Shown here: positions 57,140 to 64,000 of the stretch, in pieces
Position numbering within the stretch: position 1 is the stretch's first letter
Layout: every line of letters begins with the position of its first letter
Source: the human T2T-CHM13v2.0 reference genome, Homo sapiens
Reading direction: 5' to 3' (one strand)
DNA: 64,000 nucleotides
Assembly (NCBI RefSeq): GCF_009914755.1
Contig: NC_060945.1
Translations under genes and position numbers: made by a program
The notes under the pieces: model-generated
What the model was told of the DNA's origin: nothing
What the model saw: only the letters and a program-made list of their open reading frames with translations
The model's database searches: none

Positions 57140-58550
57140 GGTATTTTTTCTAGCATTATCTCTGGAAAATTAGACCAGTGACTAATACAATTACTCTTTT
57201 AGTTTTCATAGATTTGACTATATGTCTGAGCCTGGAGTTGTTTGCGTTTATTCTATTTCGGAGTCACTCAGTTTCCTGAGTCTATAGATTAGTTTTTCAC
57301 CAAATTTGGGAAGTTTTCAGTCATTATTTCCTCAAGTAATTGTTAAGCCCCATATCCTTTTTCCTCTCATTCTAGGACTGCAGTGACACAAACATTAACT
57401 ATGTCATTATTGCTCCAGAAGTCTTTGAGGCTCAGTTTTTTTTTTTCTTATCTGTTTTCTCTCGTTGTTTAGATTGGGTAATCTCTACTAATCTACCTTA
57501 AATCTTACTGATCCTTTCCTCTGTCATTTCCATTTTGTGATTTTGTCCATATGCTGAGATTGCTATTTGGAATATTTTTACAGTACCTTGTTTAACATTC
57601 TTGCTCAATAATTTTAACATTTGTATCATCTTAGTGTTATAGTCTATTGATTGTCGTTTCTTACTTGATTTGAGATTCTCCTAGTCCTTAGTATGTCAAG
57701 TGACTTTGGACTATAATTTGGACACTACATGTATTATGACGTAAGACTAAAGTTATTACTTCGATCTTTTACTTAAGTGGGTATTCCACCTGTTTAGTTT
57801 CAAAATACATGTCCTAGCTCACTTTTGTTAGCTATTGTTCAAATTTCAATTTGGTTTCTAAATCCCCTGGAGTCCAGTATCCCCCAGTCACAGTTGTATG
57901 TGACTCAGGTGACAGGACTCTGCCCCACAATCTTCTCATCATGGACTGGGGAGACAGAGGAAAATTACTTCACTGCCACAGAGGATGGTGGAATTCAGAG
58001 TTCCAGGCACATGTCCATAGGGAAATGGCACTTACACATTAAAACTGGTCAGAAATGAATGGCAGAGTGACACCCACAGGCTTCAGTAGATAGCGGTGCC
58101 TCCTGATACTGGGATGGGGTGGAGAACAGGCTTACGCCCCATATCTCTGCAGGGATGGTGAGACTGCCTGAATACCATGGAAGAGGGAGATGGAAGTCTG
58201 AGCTGTGCACATAAGCTCCACTGGGGAGAGGTACAACCCAGTTACTGCAGAAGAAGGGAGAAAGTCAGAGGGGTCATAGTCTCTACGGGGAAGGAAGGCC
58301 ATCTCATTCCTGCAGAAGGTGGGTAGATGTGAGTTCCACCCACAACCTCCATGGTGGGGGGATGCTACCTCCTTACTCCAGGAAGAGGGTGGAAGACAGG
58401 GTTCTATCCCCAGTCCCACAGTTATAGCACTCATTGAGGTGGAGATAGAACACATTTTTTTTCATAGTATTCCTCTTGAAGAAAGATAAGTATGGTTAAA
58501 ATATTTCTGCTATGCTGGGTTACCCTTTTTCCTGGTACTTTCACTAGAGA
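57140..58550 (-). mobile_element. Old L1M ORF1/5' region
   Basis: tttgactatatgtct...tcaccaaatttgggaagttttcagtcattatttcctcaa...tagattgggtaatctcta is the antisense L1M ORF1 pattern. The right boundary is uncertain. Confidence 0.65.
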
Positions 58551-58960
58551 CAGATGATACAGAAGAGAAAGGGTGGGAGGGGGGGAGAGATATAGACCAC
58601 AAAGAAAAATAGAAAGGTGAATAATTCCTGATAATATTAGATGAGGTTATTTATTAAGACCTACTTTACACATTTACTACAAGGTATAATTGACAAAAGG
58701 TAAAGATCATTTGTAATGAGAAACTTTCTGCCGCTTGTATAATACAGTGTCTGTACTTTCACCAATAGCTTCTCTATTTAACATTATGTGGTTCTAAATA
58801 ATCTTTCAAAACACATACTAACCTGTTTCTCTGTAATATCATCTCACAGACAGATTTAAGGATAAGTTAAGTGTTTTAAAAATCTATTTATATTAAATTA
58901 TATAAGAATGGAGGCAGGAAGACAGAGCTTGGAACATTATCTACAATTAGTGTCTTATAT

Positions 58961-59312
58961 TGCCATGGTCAGAATGTTTGTGTCCTCCCCCAAATGTATA
59001 TGTTGAAACCTAATTCCTAAATTTGATGGGGTTTAGGGAAGTGATTTGGTTATAAAGGTAGCAACTGTCATGAATGGAATTAGTGCCTTTATATGGGGCT
59101 GAAGATACCAGAGTTCTTCCCTTCTACTCTGTCAGGAGATAGCAACAAGCTGGCTATCTGCAACCCAGAAGAAGGCCTTCACCAAAACTCAACCATGCTG
59201 GCATTCTAATCTAGAACTTCCAGCCTCCAGAGCTGTGACAAATAAATTTCTATTATTTATAGGTCATCCAGTCTATGGCATTTTGTTATAACAGTCCAAA
59301 CTGACTAAAACA
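58961..59312 (+). mobile_element. MLT1A-type solo LTR
   Basis: tgccatggtcagaatgtttgtgtcc...acttccagcctccagagctgtgacaaataaatttct...ctgactaaaaca. Confidence 0.88.
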
Positions 59313-60783
59313 ACCACAAAGGCAGAAAATGCTAGTTTTCTACTAAATGGTCATAAAGAATTGAATAAGTGATCAAAAAAACATGAGACAGCTGTCTGTA
59401 AATTTCTGTACCCCCTTCCTCCATCGTAATAAAAATTTTTAGCTCTACATACAGATACAGGAAATAAAAAATACTTTCCAAATTTGCACCTGGGCATAGC
59501 CAAGCAACTAACACTTGCATTAGGATGTGGGTAATGGGTATGCATCTGCATTCCGGGAGATGCCCTTTGATAAGGTGTGCCATCCTTTTTTTCTCTTCCT
59601 CTTCTCACTTGTTCATATTGAACACTGAAGGGGCAGTATAGCATCTTGGGAAGCAGCAGAGTTACCATATAGACAAGTAGAGAAAACTTTTGACTTTGCA
59701 GAGTGGGGCTGTGTTGACTGCTTGACATTTTACAAAAGAGAAAAAATGAACTTCTATCATGTTAATTCTACTCACATTTGGGATTGTCTCGTGCTTAAAC
59801 TCATAGCCGAACTAATACAGAAAGGAAGAGAGCATGAAGAAGTATAACATTTCTTACAGCTTCAGCCCAGTCTATCCATATGAGCAGCTGATAAGTCTAT
59901 TGAATCATTTCATACCAAGTCACAGAAAAAAAAAAAGTGTTTTTCAATTGTTGTGTGGCAGTGGGGAGAGGTGGTAAGGGGGATATGTCACACTTCATTT
60001 GTTTTACAAGTATTTAAGAAATATGTCCACATATTTGATCCAATAGTGTATTTGAAGGAGAGTTAAATAATCAATATTTGAAATCCATCATTTCTTCTTG
60101 AGCATCTTATGTAATTCTAATAGTTTGCAAAATTGCTAAATATGAGTGAACTGATACAAAGGATTATCTTTTCTTAAACTAGATAAGTGATGATCCTAAG
60201 ATGATCAATGTATGTCAGCATGGCTATTTCAAGCAAATTGTTTATGTTGATAAAAAGCTCAGACCTAAACCCAGCTTGAAGTCTTAAGTATTATTGAGAT
60301 AATAAATGAAGAAATTCATCATTTAATGCATTTCATAACAAATAAAGGAAACTATTTTGCTTAATGGGTCTACTAAGTAAAATCCCACAGAAAGCTACAT
60401 AGGACCTTGACATGTGATATCTGTTTATGGTAAAAAGAATGTAATAAATTAAAATCTGATGTGACTATATTCATGCTTTTTATACATTTATGAAATAAAC
60501 TATAGTAAAAACCTAAATTTAAAAACCGTATTTCTAAAGTTAGATTTTTTAGTATTAAGTGTTGTCATGATATAATAAAGCTTCAATCAGTTTGATTTTT
60601 AAGTAGGTGTGAAAATTTAATATTATAAATTCATATCGGAATGAATTATTTATCCCCAGGGGGATCACACTCACATTGAAAAAAGAAGTTTTACTGTAAT
60701 GTGGAATTACTTACTATTTTCTTCCGAATATGTTATAACCGTATTTGGCATGTTTCAAAGTTATATTTAATAAAGAAAATGCA

Positions 60784-61280
60784 TGTTTCTATATATGCTG
60801 CTATGAATACAAAGTGCCTCAAAACTTACTGGCTTAAGACATCTCTATTTCCTAATGTTCCAATGTGTCAGGAACATAAGAAGGAATCAGCTGGACAGCT
60901 GTGCCCTGTAGTGTTAGCACCATTCACTCTCTCTCTTCACTTCACTGGAAGGTAGAAAAAGTTCACTCACATGTCTGGAGCCCATGTACTACTTCATGTG
61001 TTCTCTTCCTCACCATCTGGGAAAATTGGGCTTCCTCACAAAATGGTGGTCACCTGGATCTCTTACATGACATCTGGCTTCCAAAAGGGAGTGTACCAAC
61101 ATAGGTGACACAAGAAGCTGCAAGCATCTTTAGGCCCAACCTTGAGAGGTACACAACGTCACTTCTGACCATTATATTGGTCAAAGTCAGTCTTCAGGCC
61201 TGTCCACATTCAAGGGGAATAGAAACCCCTTATTTCAATGAAAAGTGGCAAATAATTTGTGGCCATCTTTAGTCCATTAT
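60784..61280 (-). mobile_element. MLT1 (H/I-like) LTR
   Basis: cctcaaaacttactggcttaa...gggcttcctcacaaaatggtgg...cacttctgaccattatattggtcaaag...tgtggccatcttt. Confidence 0.75.
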
Positions 61281-61589
61281 GCTATTTAGACCATATTTCT
61301 GATATGAAGTTAAACATATAAAGAAGCTACTACCTATATTTATAAATTAGAAAATGGAGAAGAAAAAGAACTTTCATTATAAAATTGTCTTGCCAATTTC
61401 TAGGCTCCTTTAAAAATATTGTCTATGAATAATATGAAAGTTTCAGAAAGCTGCTATTAGAATTTGAAGAGAATGCTGTAAGTATATGGTTTAAATAGTA
61501 TCTTCCTACCAAAATGTCTTAAAAAGTGACGAGAGTAAGGAAGTTTATTGAACTAAGAAAAAGAAAAGCCTTAAAATAGATTGGCCAGT

Positions 61590-61740
61590 TTCTTCATTCA
61601 TGCGATTATTTTTTCATTTATTCATTCATCCAACAAATATTTCTTGATATCCCATTGTGAGCCCAGGGATTTTGTTAGGCAAGGAGGCTGTAACAATGAA
61701 AAGAAAAATATTGTTTTGTTTTCTTCACTGTGCTTACAAC
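61590..61740 (-). mobile_element. L2 3' end fragment
   Basis: ttcattcatccaacaaatatttcttga...tgtgagcccagg...tgttaggc. Confidence 0.6.
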
Positions 61741-62987
61741 TTAATGTTACAAATTACTCTAATGCATGAGATTATTCAGCTGAAGTTTTGATAATGTAAA
61801 ACAACAAAATTCTTCGTATAATCTGTAAATGAATTGTATGTGAAAATCATTATATAAAACAATGAAATACAAATTCCTGGATGCATTTAGTTATTCAATC
61901 AAATAAGCATAATTTAAGATTTTGTTATATCCCTAGTGCATCCTAAATCTTCAGGCCAATGCGTAAACCATGTTTTCACAAAAACAGATGCCTCCCAGCA
62001 CACAGGACAGCTACAGCTGCTCTGTAGCTCCACGTGGGACCGTCTTCTCTTTGCTTACCAGCCCATCCCCAGTTCCAAGAAAACATGAGCTTCTTAAAAC
62101 AAAGTTGAAAATCTAGCGGCTTTCGAGTCAGCTGGCAGTGTTTCTGCATTTTTAAAGCAGGCTTGGATATCGGGGGCAGCTTAGTGTTCACTCTGTAACT
62201 GACCTCTCTGAGCCAAGTTCAGCGTGGTGTGAGTTATCAAACCTGACAGCCTTTTGGCAAGCCTTTGAAGGCTCTCAGGCCAGACTCCCTTCCAAGCTCA
62301 GCTGGGATCAATTAGGATAAATAATAGTTCCTGCAATTGTTAGTTTCTACCATGCTTTTTAAAAGTATTTAGTGTGCAATAATGCAATTTATGGCTTACC
62401 GGTACCACGCTATCCATTCAAAACAAAATAAGATCAAATCGAAAGGTTAAAATGTCCTGAGAGTTGCAGAACGATACGCTGAGGAAAAAGTACCAGAGAG
62501 GCCAATATTTTGACCATTCTTTTCTCTCCACATTTATCTAAAACATAAGTAAACATAAATACAAAACTATAAGATTTCTTCAAAATCTGGATTCTCACCC
62601 CAACAGCCATATTTTGACAGTCTGGTTAAAACATAAACCATAAATACACACACATACACACACACACATACACAATCAAGGACTTTTAACTGCCCTCAGC
62701 AACCAAAGAGATCTGCTAGTAAACAATGCGGATTTTTACTTCTAGGGCAAAAAAATGAATTTAAGCTCAAGCTACTGGTGAATAGCAAACGGAAGGTACT
62801 CTATAGAAGCTAACAGAACAATAGCAAATGATAATTTTCTATAGCAAGAGTAATGCCATATTCAATAATGCTAATGTTCTGGCTTCATGTGAACCAAGTT
62901 TTGCTTTTACTGGGTGTTTCTCTTCATGTGGCCCAGGGCAAGGTATTGCAACTATTTCATGCTGAACTTTAAAACTCAACGGTTTGC

Positions 62988-63285
62988 GGCCGGGAGTGGT
63001 GGCTCACGCCTGTAATCTCAACACTTTGGGAGGCCGAGGAGGGCGGAATACGAGGTCAGGAGATTGAGACCTTCCTGGCTAACATGGTGAAACCCCGTCT
63101 CTACTAAAAATAAAAAAAATTTAGCTGGGCGTGGTGGCGGGTGCCTGTAATTCCAGCTACTCGGGAGGCTGAGGCAGGAGAATGGCATGAACCCGGGAGG
63201 CAGAGCTTGCATCTCGCCACTGCACTCCAGCCTGGGCGACAGACCGAGACTCTGTCTCAAAAAAAAAAAAAAAAAAAAACCAAAA
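62988..63285 (+). mobile_element. AluY SINE
   Basis: ctggctaacatggtg, gaatggcatgaacccggg and gagcttgca diagnostics. About 11-nt deletion in the right arm, poly-A, and a degenerate TSD. Confidence 0.94.
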
Positions 63286-64000
63286 AACACGCAACTGTTT
63301 CCAAGAGGTTTCTTTTTTGACCTCAGTTCTTCAGTTGCTACTGGAGTCATGAAACTCTCATGTCACTTCTTTAATGTAGGTTTGACTTCGGTCTGTCATA
63401 AAATGTTACTTCTTGTTTAAAACAATTGTAAGTTAAAATGTTACTCAACATTTGCCTCGCGTTTTCTGCTTCACTTGGAGTCTTCTATTTTGGCCTCACA
63501 TGCTTAAATTTTTTACAAGCAAGATTTATTGTTAATAGGAATGTCTGGGTTTTTGTTTCCTTTTTCATTCGGAGATAAAAAGTTATTTGAAGTCCTATTA
63601 TAGAAAACTTTTACATAAGTCACAAGAATTAAGAATTTTTTTCCAGGTAGATTTTCCCATTAAATGAATATCTCTGTTAATTTAGAATGATAGTCAAAAA
63701 TGGTATGAATACTGTGGATAAAATAATTTAATAATGTTTACATCCAAAGAGTCCCTTGAATGCAATTGATCGTTGGCTCCTAAAGTCAGCTAGAGTATTC
63801 TTTCAGTAATGTCCCTGGTAACTGCTAAGGATACACTAATGCTTAGATATGCATCTTTGCTCTTCCAAAGCTAACTACTATGCCTAGATGACTTATGTGC
63901 TCTCTCCAGCTCAACCTCTAAATTTACACAGTTGTTGGAACTGCGACTGAATGCCAAAACACAGTCCATTTTGTAGAGCGTATTTTAAAATGAGCACAAT

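Noticed and set aside
63635-63652. Second AG|GT juxtaposition (ttccag|gtagat)
   Set aside because: Short pyrimidine tract with a nearby upstream AG and a poor donor.

Overview
AT-rich, CpG-depleted primate (human/ape-like) genomic DNA, most consistent with the interior of a very long intron or an intergenic region. I cannot assign the locus. I find no credible intact protein-coding gene, RNA gene or CRISPR array. Nearly all ORF-track entries are Alu, LTR, L1, mariner or microsatellite read-throughs. The well-supported content is a stratified set of transposon fossils. (i) An old L1 is cut just after its RT active-site codons by a two-LTR THE1 element, which itself carries an AluY (8.3-11.5 kb). 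(ii) A MER11 (HERV-K11/HML-8) solo LTR sits next to MER1A between inverted Alus (21.7-24.9 kb). (iii) A complete HSMAR2 mariner is split near its 5' inverted repeat by a 5.65-kb L1PB (34.6-41.6 kb). (iv) There are 13 Alu/FLAM copies, including a tailless one with intact flanking direct repeats, plus MER5A, MER63, MLT1, L2, MIR and several STRs. The leads in unique sequence are an 11-nt microexon-like cassette at 5845-5855, an AG|GT recursive-splice-like site at 29387, a CpG-retaining block with two minus-strand GTAAGC donors at about 62 kb, and CTCF-like motifs. These are hypotheses. I did not find evidence for a new multi-gene biological system. Repeat family and subfamily names come from my recall of consensus sequences and need RepeatMasker/Dfam confirmation.
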